Shown: positions 31,736 to 39,727 of the stretch, in pieces
How positions within the stretch are numbered: position 1 is the first letter of the stretch
How the letters are laid out: each line of letters opens with the position of its first letter
DNA from: Burkholderiales bacterium
Lineage (GTDB): Bacteria; Pseudomonadota; Gammaproteobacteria; Burkholderiales; JAEUOS01
Direction: 5' to 3'
Assembly (NCBI GenBank): GCA_031423955.1
Contig: JANPGJ010000547.1
Span: forward strand, 5,449-69,448
Length of the DNA stretch: 64,000 nt
Position numbers and translations under genes: made by a program
The notes under the pieces: generated by a model
What the model was told of the DNA's origin: nothing
Database searches by the model: none
Seen by the model: the letters and a program-made list of their open reading frames with translations, nothing else

Positions 31736-32383
31736 ATGTCAAGATTGCGCGTTGAGAGCTTTTCGATCTCGGTAGACGGCTTTGGCGCCGGACCGAATCA
31801 GGACCTTGCCAATCCGCTTGGCAGCGGTGGTATGGACTTGCACAAGTGGGCGTTTAGTACCCGGACTTTCCAGAAGAAGGTGTTTGGCAACGAAGGCGGC
31901 GCCACCGGTGTCGACGACGATTACGCGATGCGCGGTTTTCGCAACGTGGGCGCGTGGATTCTCGGGCGCAACATGTTTGGCCCGGTGCGCGGTCCGTGGC
32001 CCGACGATGCATGGAAGGGCTGGTGGGGCGATGAGCCACCGTATCAGGTGCCGGTGTTCGTCTTGACCCATCACGCCCGGTCATCGATCAACATGAAGGG
32101 CGGCACCGTCTTTCATTTCGTCACAGGCGGCATACACGAGGCCCGCAAGCTCGCCATTTCCGCAGCGGGCAGCCAGGACGTGCGCGTCGGTGGCGGAGCC
32201 GCCACCATCCGGCAATACCTGAAGGAAGGGCTGATTGACGAAATGCATGTTGCCGTAGCGCCGGTGCTGCTTGGCGCAGGCGAGGCGCTGTTTGCCGGGC
32301 TCGACCTGCGTGCGCTCGGCTACCAATGCATTGAACACGCAGCCACGTCGCTGGCTACGCATCTGGTCATTGCAAAGACCTGA
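31736..32383 (+). CDS. dihydrofolate reductase family protein (RibD C-terminal domain)
   Basis: The ATG at 31736 is used. SISVDGF..GP...MFGP...VFVLTHH...GG..TIRQYL..GLIDE pattern. Confidence 0.75.
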   Translation: MSRLRVESFSISVDGFGAGPNQDLANPLGSGGMDLHKWAFSTRTFQKKVFGNEGGATGVDDDYAMRGFRNVGAWILGRNMFGPVRGPWPDDAWKGWWGDEPPYQVPVFVLTHHARSSINMKGGTVFHFVTGGIHEARKLAISAAGSQDVRVGGGAATIRQYLKEGLIDEMHVAVAPVLLGAGEALFAGLDLRALGYQCIEHAATSLATHLVIAKT

Positions 32384-32454
32384 TTCCACCAACCAGGCGC
32401 CACCCGTTCCCGCTCGACTGGTCGCGACGGGCTGCATGAATGTTTTTGAAGCCG

Positions 32455-32481
32455 TGTCGAATTGGCGCTGCGCCGTTCGAC
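32455..32481 (+). promoter_or_regulatory. ECF-type promoter candidate TGTCGA-N16-TCGAC(TA), copy 3
   Basis: TGTCGA 32455-32460 and TCGAC 32477-32481, preceded by a TGTTTTTGAAGCCG T-run. It lies 41 nt before the VOC gene ATG. Confidence 0.5.
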
Positions 32482-32521
32482 TACGCCCTGTTAGCCACCC
32501 TTCGCATGGGGAGTCAGTACG

Positions 32522-33019
32522 ATGAAACAAGCAAAAAACACTATTTGCCTTTGGTACGACAGGGCCGCTGAAGAGGCGGCGCACTTTTACGCCGGCACAT
32601 TTCCTGACTCCTCTGTCGACGCGGTCTATCGCGCCCCTGGAGACTTTCCGTCCGGCAAAGAGGGTGACGTGTTGACCGTCATGTTTACTGTCATGGGCAT
32701 CCCCTGCCTCGGAATCAATGGCGGCCCGATGTTCAAGCACAACGAAGCCTTTTCATTCCAGGTCGCCACCATTGACCAGGCGGAAACGGATCGCTACTGG
32801 AACGCTATCGTGGGCAATGGTGGCGAGGAGAGTGAGTGCGGCTGGTGCAAGGACAAGTGGGGTCTCTCATGGCAGATCACCCCAGTGGCCTTGACAGACG
32901 CAATCACCGATGCGGATCCGGCGGCAGCAAAGCGTGCATTTGATGCCATGATGCAAATGAGAAAGATCGACATCGCGGCCATCGAGGCAGCGCGTTACGG
33001 CGGTGGCAAACGGACCTGA
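32522..33019 (+). CDS. VOC family protein (3-demethylubiquinone-9 3-methyltransferase-domain type)
   Basis: ICLWYDRAAEEAAHFY...MFTVMG..CLGINGGP.FKHNEAFSF...CGWCKDKWGLSWQI pattern. Confidence 0.75.
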   Translation: MKQAKNTICLWYDRAAEEAAHFYAGTFPDSSVDAVYRAPGDFPSGKEGDVLTVMFTVMGIPCLGINGGPMFKHNEAFSFQVATIDQAETDRYWNAIVGNGGEESECGWCKDKWGLSWQITPVALTDAITDADPAAAKRAFDAMMQMRKIDIAAIEAARYGGGKRT

Positions 33020-33105
33020 ACAACTACGCAATACACGTTGAAGCCCGCCTTTTTGGCAGCTTTGAAGTCGTGCTTGAAATCTGAGCTCTCATTAAGGAAA
33101 GCCTC

Positions 33106-33447
33106 ATGGCCAAGTACCTAATCTCCTTCCCCAGTGCGGCGATGGTCGTGCGTGATGATGAATTGGAGGCGGCGGGCCGCGACGCGCACGCCGTGATATC
33201 CGAGGCGAAAGCAGCCGGTGTCTACGTCTTCGCCGGCGGCATCGACGCAGCTGTGCCGTCCGCGCTCGTCTCGGCCGACGGGGCGGTCGCTGAGGGAGGC
33301 TACCCGTGGGCGCCCCCGCTTGACGGCGGGTTCACAGTGCTCGAACTGGCCTCGCGCGATGAGGCCGTCGCGTGGGCCGCGCGCATCGCGAAGGCCTGCC
33401 GCTGCGACCAGGAGCTGCGTGTCTTCGGGTTCGACCCGCAGTCCTGA
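33106..33447 (+). CDS. YciI family protein
   Basis: MAKYLISFP...AKAAGVYVFAGGID...GGFTVLELASRDEAVAWAARIA is YCII-like. Confidence 0.7.
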   Translation: MAKYLISFPSAAMVVRDDELEAAGRDAHAVISEAKAAGVYVFAGGIDAAVPSALVSADGAVAEGGYPWAPPLDGGFTVLELASRDEAVAWAARIAKACRCDQELRVFGFDPQS

Positions 33448-33489
33448 AGGCGGTGGCGGCGCGAGCATTCCGCAGGCTGCCACGCTTGC

Positions 33490-33570
33490 CGCTGCCGATC
33501 TGAGAACTGAACTGCCGTTACCGGAGCCGAAAAAGCGCTTTCTGCTCAATCGTTCGGCAGCGCTGATTAG
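33490..33570 (+). pseudogene. relic 3' end of a second ECF42-like sigma factor gene
   Basis: ...LRTELPLPEPKKRFLLNRSAAL aligns with the last codons of the 29286-30569 gene (...ALELAQQEPEKRFLLKRLAALE*). The DNA block 33522-33669 parallels 30521-30669. Confidence 0.6.
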
Positions 33571-33628
33571 ACTCGCATGCCGGGCCCCGGTAGAGTGCTT
33601 GTGGAAACCAAAATTATTTTTTCCGGGC

Positions 33629-33655
33629 TGTCGATTCCGGCAAGCGCCATTCGAC
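33629..33655 (+). promoter_or_regulatory. ECF-type promoter candidate TGTCGA-N16-TCGAC(TA), copy 2
   Basis: TGTCGA 33629-33634 and TCGAC 33651-33655. It has the same T-run+CCGGGC upstream and GAAGTACA downstream context as copy 1. It lies 50 nt before the DUF1428 ATG. Confidence 0.55.
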
Positions 33656-33704
33656 TAAGAAGTACAGCACCCCCCTTTCAGGCGCACTTTCAAGGAGCCA
33701 AACC

Positions 33705-34052
33705 ATGCATTACATCGACGGCTGTGTGATCCCAGTTCCCACTGCAAACAAATAACGGTATCTCGACCATGCCCGGATTGCCGCCGTTGTCTTCAAGGAG
33801 CATGGCGCACTCAATCTGGTTGACTGCTGGGGCGATGACGTGCCTGACGGCAAGGTGACCTCGTTCCCGATGGCAGTCAAGTGCGAGCCGCACGAAACCG
33901 TGGTGTTCTCGTGGATCGTCTGGCCGTCGCGCGAGGTGCGCGATGCCGGCATGGCCAAAGTGATGTCTGATCCGCGCTTGCAGTCCGTTGACATGCCATT
34001 CGACGGCAAGCGCATGATCTTTGGCGGCTTTCAGATGGTGCTCGATGCCTGA
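33705..34052 (+). pseudogene. DUF1428 family protein interrupted by an in-frame TAA at codon 17 (33753-33755)
   Basis: MHYIDGCVIPVPTANK*RYLDHARIAAVVFKEHGALNLVDCWGDDVPDGKVTSFPMAVK...MPFDGKRMIFGGF all reads in one frame. An AAGGAG RBS precedes the ATG at 33705. Confidence 0.75.
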
Positions 34053-34130
34053 ATCGCGTCCCTTCGCCAGCTTGACGTTTCATACCCGGCCTTTTGCGTA
34101 TAAATCTTGTCACTCGATCCAGGAGTCACC

Positions 34131-34553
34131 GTGCCCCACCCCATCGCTTACCTCAGCTTCAACGGCGACTGCGCCGACGCCATGCGCTTTTACGAGACCG
34201 CTCTCGAATCCAAACTCCAGACGCTGATGACCACCGGCGAGTCGCCGATGGCGGCGCATTGCCCGCCGGAAAGCCACAATCACATCCTGCATGCCTGCCT
34301 CGTCCTCCCCGGCGGCGGCATGCTGATGGCGGGCGATTGCCCTGCCACCATGCCGTACGAGGGCATCAAGGGTGTGTCGCTCACGCTCAACTACGACACC
34401 ATCGCCGAGGCCGAGCGGGCGTTCAAGGCGTTGTCCGACGGCGGTAAGATCACGATGCCGATGCAGCCCGCATTCTGGTCCAAAGCCTGGGGAATGCTGA
34501 CCGACAAGTTTGGCACGCCGTGGATTGTCAATGGCGAATTGATTCCGATCTGA
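34131..34553 (+). CDS. VOC family protein (PhnB-like glyoxalase fold)
   Basis: The GTG at 34131 follows AGGAG. AYLSFNGDCADAMRFYE...MPMQPAFWSKAWGMLTDKFGTPWIVN pattern. Confidence 0.75.
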   Translation: MPHPIAYLSFNGDCADAMRFYETALESKLQTLMTTGESPMAAHCPPESHNHILHACLVLPGGGMLMAGDCPATMPYEGIKGVSLTLNYDTIAEAERAFKALSDGGKITMPMQPAFWSKAWGMLTDKFGTPWIVNGELIPI

Positions 34554-34617
34554 TCTGCGTGCCGCCACATTCGCGCCTGCCGTCGCCCACCCACCGCCGC
34601 CACCTCCGGAGCACATA

Positions 34618-34968
34618 GTGAAATATCTTTGCCTGGTCTACCTCTCGAAAGAAGATTGGAACGCCTGTCCCGATGCCAAGTGCTTCAGTTTCGCCGAAGG
34701 CCTGCATCAGAGCGGGCGGCTGCTTGCAGCCGAGCCGCTGCACCCGGTCGAGACCGCCACCACGGTGCGCGTGCGCAATGGCCAGATGACGATGACAGAT
34801 GGCCCTTTCGCCGAGACCAAGGAAATGCTCGCCGGGTTCTATCTGATCGATGCCAAGGATTTGAACGAGGCCGCGCAGGTCGCCGCGCAGATTCCCCCCG
34901 CGCAACACGGCAGCATTGAGGTGCGGCCGGTGCGCGAGCTTGCTGTCGAGACCGCGCGCGGTTTTTGA
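34618..34968 (+). CDS. YciI (DGPF) family protein
   Basis: (V)KYLCLVY...MTDGPFAETKEMLAGFYLIDAKDLNEAAQVAAQIP matches the YCII pattern. Confidence 0.8.
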   Translation: MKYLCLVYLSKEDWNACPDAKCFSFAEGLHQSGRLLAAEPLHPVETATTVRVRNGQMTMTDGPFAETKEMLAGFYLIDAKDLNEAAQVAAQIPPAQHGSIEVRPVRELAVETARGF

Positions 34969-35015
34969 ACCTGGCTGTTTGGAAGAATGTCAACCCGCAC
35001 ACCGAAAGGATCAAC

Positions 35016-35462
35016 ATGACCACAGGCACCGTTCGTCTGCACCGCGTGCTGCGCGCCACGCCGGAGCGCGTCTACCGTGCGTTTCTCGACGCTGACGCCA
35101 TGGCCAAGTGGCTGCCGCCGTATGGCTTTACCTGCAAGGTGCATCACATGGATGCGAAGGTGGGCGGCAGCTTTCGCATGTCGTTCACCAATTTTTCGTC
35201 GGGCCACGGCCACGCCTTCGGCGGTGAATACCGCGAATTGGTGCCGCACTCACGCATTCGCTATTCGGACAAATTCGACGATCCGAATATGCCGGGCGAG
35301 ATGGAGACCACCGTGGTGCTTAAACCGGTGTCTTGCGGCACCGACGTGGACATCGTGCAGACCGGTATTCCGGCCATGATTCCCATCGAGATGTGCTACT
35401 TGGGCTGGCAGGAATCCCTGGCGCAGCTTGCATGTTTGGTAGAGCCTGTGATTCCTGGCTGA
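35016..35462 (+). CDS. SRPBCC domain protein (AHSA1/Aha1-like)
   Basis: The ATG at 35016 is used. RLHRVLRATPERVYRAFLDADAMAKWLPP.GF...GG.FRMSF...G..YRELVP..RI.Y pattern. Confidence 0.75.
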   Translation: MTTGTVRLHRVLRATPERVYRAFLDADAMAKWLPPYGFTCKVHHMDAKVGGSFRMSFTNFSSGHGHAFGGEYRELVPHSRIRYSDKFDDPNMPGEMETTVVLKPVSCGTDVDIVQTGIPAMIPIEMCYLGWQESLAQLACLVEPVIPG

Positions 35463-35588
35463 GCTGCGAATCGGAAATGGCGCGCGAGACGCATCCGTGA
35501 CAGCCGGCTTTGGGCGGCGTTGCGACCGGAGTTCGAACTTCACCGCACCCCAGATTAGCGATGCCTGAAAGCTGAAGGAGCAACCGCG

Positions 35589-35858
35589 ATGGCGCAACTC
35601 TATTTCACCCAGCAGTTGCGACGCTTCGTCGACGCGCCCGCGATGTACACCGGCGCTGCCATGCTGCGCGGTGCGCTTGAAGAAGCATTTACGACAGCAC
35701 CGCAGTTGCGCGGCTATGTCCTTGATGACCAGGGGCACTTGCGCAAGCACTTGATCGTGTTCATCGACGGGCGGCGCGTGCGTGACTACGAGAAACTGGA
35801 TGACGCGTTACTCGCGAGCAGCGAAGTGCATGTGCTGCAAGCACTGACTGGAGGGTAG
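35589..35858 (+). CDS. MoaD/ThiS-like ubiquitin-fold small protein ending in Gly-Gly
   Basis: 89 aa with a C-terminal ...VHVLQALTGG. The IVFIDGRRV...EVHVL beta-grasp pattern is present. Confidence 0.55.
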   Translation: MAQLYFTQQLRRFVDAPAMYTGAAMLRGALEEAFTTAPQLRGYVLDDQGHLRKHLIVFIDGRRVRDYEKLDDALLASSEVHVLQALTGG

Positions 35859-35862
35859 AGAC

Positions 35863-36978
35863 ATGAAGCAAACCAATGCGCAGGTAGCCACTCGCAAAGG
35901 CTTGTTCCAATTTACGCGCGGCGCGGCGGGCTGGGCCATCACCCATGTTGCCTTCCCCGGCGACCCGGTCAATCTCACGCTCAGCGATGCGCGCGACGGC
36001 GCGCTTTACGCCGCGCTCGACCTTGGGCACTTCGGGGTCAAGCTGCACCGGCGCGAGGCGGGCACCGGGACAGGCAACGGCAGCGCGTGGCAAGAGATCA
36101 GCGTGCCGATTTATCCCGCGCAACCGCCGCAGACCGAGGAAAACAAAGGCGAGCCGGCGTGGAAGCTCAATCTGATCTGGTCGCTCGAAACCGGCGGCGC
36201 TAATGAACCCGGCACGCTCTGGTGCGGCACTCTGCCGGGCGGCCTGTTCCGCTCGCGTGATCGCGGCGCTTCGTGGGAATTGATGCGCAGCCTGTGGGAC
36301 AAGCCTGAGCGGCGCGAATGGTTCGGTGGCGGCAAGGACACGCCCGGCATTCACTCGATCTGCGTCGATCCGCGCGACAGCCGCCATCTGCTGGTGGGTG
36401 TGTCATGCGGTGGCGCGTGGACCTCGCACGATGGCGGCGCCAGCTGGCGCCTGAGCGCCCGCGGCATGCGCGCCGCCTACATGCCACCCGGGCAGGTGGA
36501 TTCAGAGCAAACCCAGGACCCGCACCGCATCGTGCGCTGCGCCGGCGCGCCGGACACGCTCTGGTGCCAGCACCACAACGGCATCTGGCGCTCGACCGAT
36601 GGCGGCGCGCTTTGGGTCGAATGCACCAACACCGCGGTCTCGAACTTCGGCTTCGCGGTCGCCGCCCATCCGCATGACGGCAACACGGCGTGGTTCGTGC
36701 CAGCGGTCAAGGATGAGAAGCGCTACCCGGTGGACGGCGCGCTGTGCGTCACGCGCACGCGCGACGGCGGCCGGTCGTTCGAAGTGTTGCGCAAGGGCCT
36801 GCCGCAACGGCATTGCTACGACCTGATTTACCGGCACGGGCTGGCGGTATCCAGCGACGGCAATACGCTGATGATGGGTTCGACCACCGGCGGGCTGTGG
36901 GTGTCGGAAGATGCGGGGGATTCGTGGACGGCGCTGTCGAATACCTTGCCGCCGGTGTATGCGGTGACGTTTGGATGA
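35863..36978 (+). CDS. BNR/Asp-box repeat beta-propeller protein (sialidase/Ycf48-like fold)
   Basis: Repeated S-x-D-x-G-x-S/T-W boxes: SRDRGASWE, SHDGGASWR, STDGGALWV, TRDGGRSFE and SEDAGDSWT. No signal peptide. Confidence 0.65.
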   Translation: MKQTNAQVATRKGLFQFTRGAAGWAITHVAFPGDPVNLTLSDARDGALYAALDLGHFGVKLHRREAGTGTGNGSAWQEISVPIYPAQPPQTEENKGEPAWKLNLIWSLETGGANEPGTLWCGTLPGGLFRSRDRGASWELMRSLWDKPERREWFGGGKDTPGIHSICVDPRDSRHLLVGVSCGGAWTSHDGGASWRLSARGMRAAYMPPGQVDSEQTQDPHRIVRCAGAPDTLWCQHHNGIWRSTDGGALWVECTNTAVSNFGFAVAAHPHDGNTAWFVPAVKDEKRYPVDGALCVTRTRDGGRSFEVLRKGLPQRHCYDLIYRHGLAVSSDGNTLMMGSTTGGLWVSEDAGDSWTALSNTLPPVYAVTFG

Positions 36979-37074
36979 AGGCTTACGCAAGCATGGAATC
37001 GGCGTCCGAATGGTTTCAGGCCGACAGATGTGATCTTATCGGCCAGATTGACAATAGCGCGATTCGAGCGTGCA

Positions 37075-37497
37075 CTAGCGCTGACGTTTCGGGAGTTGCT
37101 TCGGGACAGTTATCTCACGGGACGCTGCCGCTTGCAGGTAGCGGCGGAAGTTGGGGCATTCCATGTGACTTGGGGCCGGGCAAGCAGCAGCCTGCCGCAG
37201 GCTGTCGCGCAGCGCACTTAGTTTTTTCAGCGTCTCGTCTAACTCGTCCGCCTTGGCAGTCAGCATCCGACGGTCGATATGCACTTGCCCGTGCGGCGCG
37301 AGCATGAGCGAAATCTGGGCGAGCGAGAAGCCGGCAGCGCGCCCCAATGCGATCACCGCCAGCCGTTCGAGCACGCCGGGGGAATACTGACGGCGCAAGC
37401 CGCGCCGCCCAATCGATGCGATCAAGCCTTTCTCCTCGTAGAACCGCAACGCCGACGCAGCAACCCCGGCGCGCCGCGCCACCTCAGCAATGTCCAT
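37075..37497 (-). CDS. MerR family transcriptional regulator
   Basis: MDIAEVARRAGVAASALRFYEEKGLI is the N-terminal MerR HTH. A C-terminal Cys pair (AACPAPSHMECPNF) is present. An alternative GTG is at 37506. Confidence 0.8.
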   Translation of the reverse strand: MDIAEVARRAGVAASALRFYEEKGLIASIGRRGLRRQYSPGVLERLAVIALGRAAGFSLAQISLMLAPHGQVHIDRRMLTAKADELDETLKKLSALRDSLRQAAACPAPSHMECPNFRRYLQAAASREITVPKQLPKRQR

Positions 37498-37510
37498 CGG
37501 TCTCACCCGC

Positions 37511-37541
37511 TTGACTTGAAGTCGACTTGAATTGGCATAGT
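37511..37541 (+). promoter_or_regulatory. MerR-type promoter with 19-nt spacer
   Basis: TTGACT (37511-16), a 19-nt spacer, then CATAGT (37536-41). The palindrome GACTT-G-AAGTC overlaps the -35/spacer junction. A GACTTGAA direct repeat is present. Confidence 0.45.
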
Positions 37542-37569
37542 ACGGCGTTTGATCGCGAAGGACAAACCC

Positions 37570-38193
37570 ATGACGCGTCGAACCGGCTCACTGGCCGTTG
37601 CACTTCTGCTCTCCGCCGCGTGCGCAGGTTGCGGTAGCTGGACCGGGTTCGGCTTTCGCGCCGACGGCCCGGAAATGCCGCGCCTCAAGGAGGTGCTTTC
37701 CATGGCACCGGGTAAGGCGGTGGCGGATGTCGGTGCCGGCAAAGGAGAACTCAGCTTTGCCCTGGCGCGGGAGGTCGGGCCGAATGGGCGCGTCTTGTCC
37801 ACCGAAATTGAGCCGGAACGGCGGCGGGCGCTTCGCGAGGCCCTCGCCGCCGCCAAGCTCGATAACGTGACGGTTCTCGAAGCGCATGGCAATGAGGCAG
37901 GATTGCCGCCGAATTGCTGTGACGTGATCGTGCTGCGCCGCGTGTATCACCACCTGACTGACCCAGCGGGCATCAACGCCAGCTTGTTGCGCTCGCTGCG
38001 GCCAGGTGGCTTGCTCGCCGTCATCGATTTCCCGCCGCCCCTGCTATTGGGACGGGGCGATTTCGGGGTTCCCGCGAAGGACGTGATCGCCGAAGTGACC
38101 AGCAGTGGATTCGTGCTGCGTCGGCTGATCGACGACTGGCCGGGCCGCGGGCCGCTCGAGAGCTACTGTGCGGTGTTCCGCAAACCGGCCTGA
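37570..38193 (+). CDS. class I SAM-dependent methyltransferase with lipoprotein-type leader
   Basis: LAVALLLSAACAGCGS is a lipobox. VADVGAGKGELS is SAM-binding motif I. The ATG at 37570 follows GAAGGA. Confidence 0.75.
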   Translation: MTRRTGSLAVALLLSAACAGCGSWTGFGFRADGPEMPRLKEVLSMAPGKAVADVGAGKGELSFALAREVGPNGRVLSTEIEPERRRALREALAAAKLDNVTVLEAHGNEAGLPPNCCDVIVLRRVYHHLTDPAGINASLLRSLRPGGLLAVIDFPPPLLLGRGDFGVPAKDVIAEVTSSGFVLRRLIDDWPGRGPLESYCAVFRKPA

Positions 38194-38466
38194 TCATCGG
38201 ATGGTTCGCGCAACTTCGTAGCTGCCCGCGATGGCACGCACCGCGAGCGCGTCGGCGTCGCTGCAATCCGGATGCATCGCAATGGGCGTGGTGTCAGGTG
38301 ATTGCGACGCGTGAATGACGTATTCGGGAAACTCTTCGGACAACATCAAGGTGGCGTGGTCAAGACCCATCCGGGTTCTCGTTCGCGCGGGAACGGACCA
38401 ATAGGTGTGCTTCAGATCAAGCCGGATTTCCGCGCCTGCGCTTTCGCCGAGGCAGGCGTCTGGCAT
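38194..38466 (-). CDS. hypothetical 90-aa protein
   Basis: The lower part of track ORF 38194-38922 has protein-like composition (MPDACLGESAGAEIRLDLKHTYWS...EEFPEYVIHAS...). No family was recognised and the start is uncertain. Confidence 0.3.
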   Translation of the reverse strand: MPDACLGESAGAEIRLDLKHTYWSVPARTRTRMGLDHATLMLSEEFPEYVIHASQSPDTTPIAMHPDCSDADALAVRAIAGSYEVARTIR

Positions 38467-38523
38467 AAAATAGCCGTCCCGCACCCAAGCTGATTCATTT
38501 CTCGACCGTTTCAGGAGCCTCCC

Positions 38524-39587
38524 ATGCCTCTCGTATCCATGCGCCAACTTCTCGATCACGCGGCTGAAAACGGCTACGGCCTGCCGGCCTTCAACGTCAA
38601 CAACCTGGAGCAGGTGCAGGCCATCATGGAAGCGGCGTCGGAAACCGATTCGCCGGTGATCATGCAGGCCTCGGCCGGCGCCCGCAAATACGCCGGCGAG
38701 ACCTTCCTCAAGTACCTGATCCAGGCCGCGGTCGATACCTACCCGAACATCCCGATCGTGATGCACCAGGACCACGGCCAGTCGCCGGCGGTATGCGAAG
38801 GCGCGATCAAGCTGGGCTTCTCGTCGGTGATGATGGACGGCTCGCTGATGGCCGACGGCAAGACCATCGCCGACTATGAATACAACGTGGATGTCACGCA
38901 AAAAGTGGTCGGCATGGCGCACAAACTGGGCATCACGGTGGAAGGCGAACTCGGCTGCCAGGCTCGCTTGAGACCATGCGCGGCGACAAGGAGGATGGCC
39001 ACGGCACCGATTCGACCATGACCCGGGAGCAATTGCTGACCGACCCCGACCAGGCTGCGGACTTCGTCAAGAAGACCCAGATCGACGCGTTGGCGATCGC
39101 CATCGGCACCTCGCATGGCGCCTACAAGTTCTCGCGCAAGCCCACTGGCGACATCCTGGCGATCGAGCGCATCAAGGAAATCAATCACCGCATCCCGAAC
39201 ACCCATCTGGTGATGCATGGCTCGTCCTCGGTGCCGCAGGACCTGCTGGCGATCATCCGCGAGAATGGCGGCGAGATGAAGGAAACCTACGGCGTGCCGG
39301 TCGAGGAAATCCAGGAAGGCATCAAGCACGGCGTGCGCAAGATCAACATCGATACCGACATTCGGCTGGCGATGACCGCGGCGATCCGCTTGTTTCTGAA
39401 CGAGAATCGCGGCCACTTCGACCCGCGTGACTACCTCAAACCCGCGCGCGCCGCCGCCAAGGCGATCTGCAAGGAGCGCTACCAGCAGTTCAACTGCGCC
39501 GGCCAGGCCTCGAAGATCAAGCCGGTGCCGCTGTCGGACATCGCAGCGGGTTATGTTTCGGGCAAGTTGTCGCAGGTGGTGAACTAA
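38524..39587 (+). pseudogene. fba: class II fructose-bisphosphate aldolase with a 1-nt deletion (frameshift at 38959-38960)
   Basis: Frame A ends ...VEGELGC at 38958. Frame B resumes at 38961 with [15 protein letters not shown]...SHGAYKF... Only 2 nt (CA) occupy the place of the expected Leu codon. Confidence 0.85.
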
Positions 39588-39727
39588 GGTTCGTGCCGCC
39601 GCTGACGGGACCGCGATCACTGCGTGGCGTACAGTCGGGAATTGCCGCGCAACCGCAAACCGACCGGCAACCGGAAACCGACGTCCAATCGCAACTGATT
39701 GCGCATTGCCTGCGTAAATGCTGCTGT

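Noticed and set aside
38467-39620. The upper part of minus ORF 38194-38922, and minus ORF 38874-39620.
   Set aside because: They are antisense to fba. Only the lower 90 codons (38194-38466), outside fba, were kept, as a low-confidence hypothetical.
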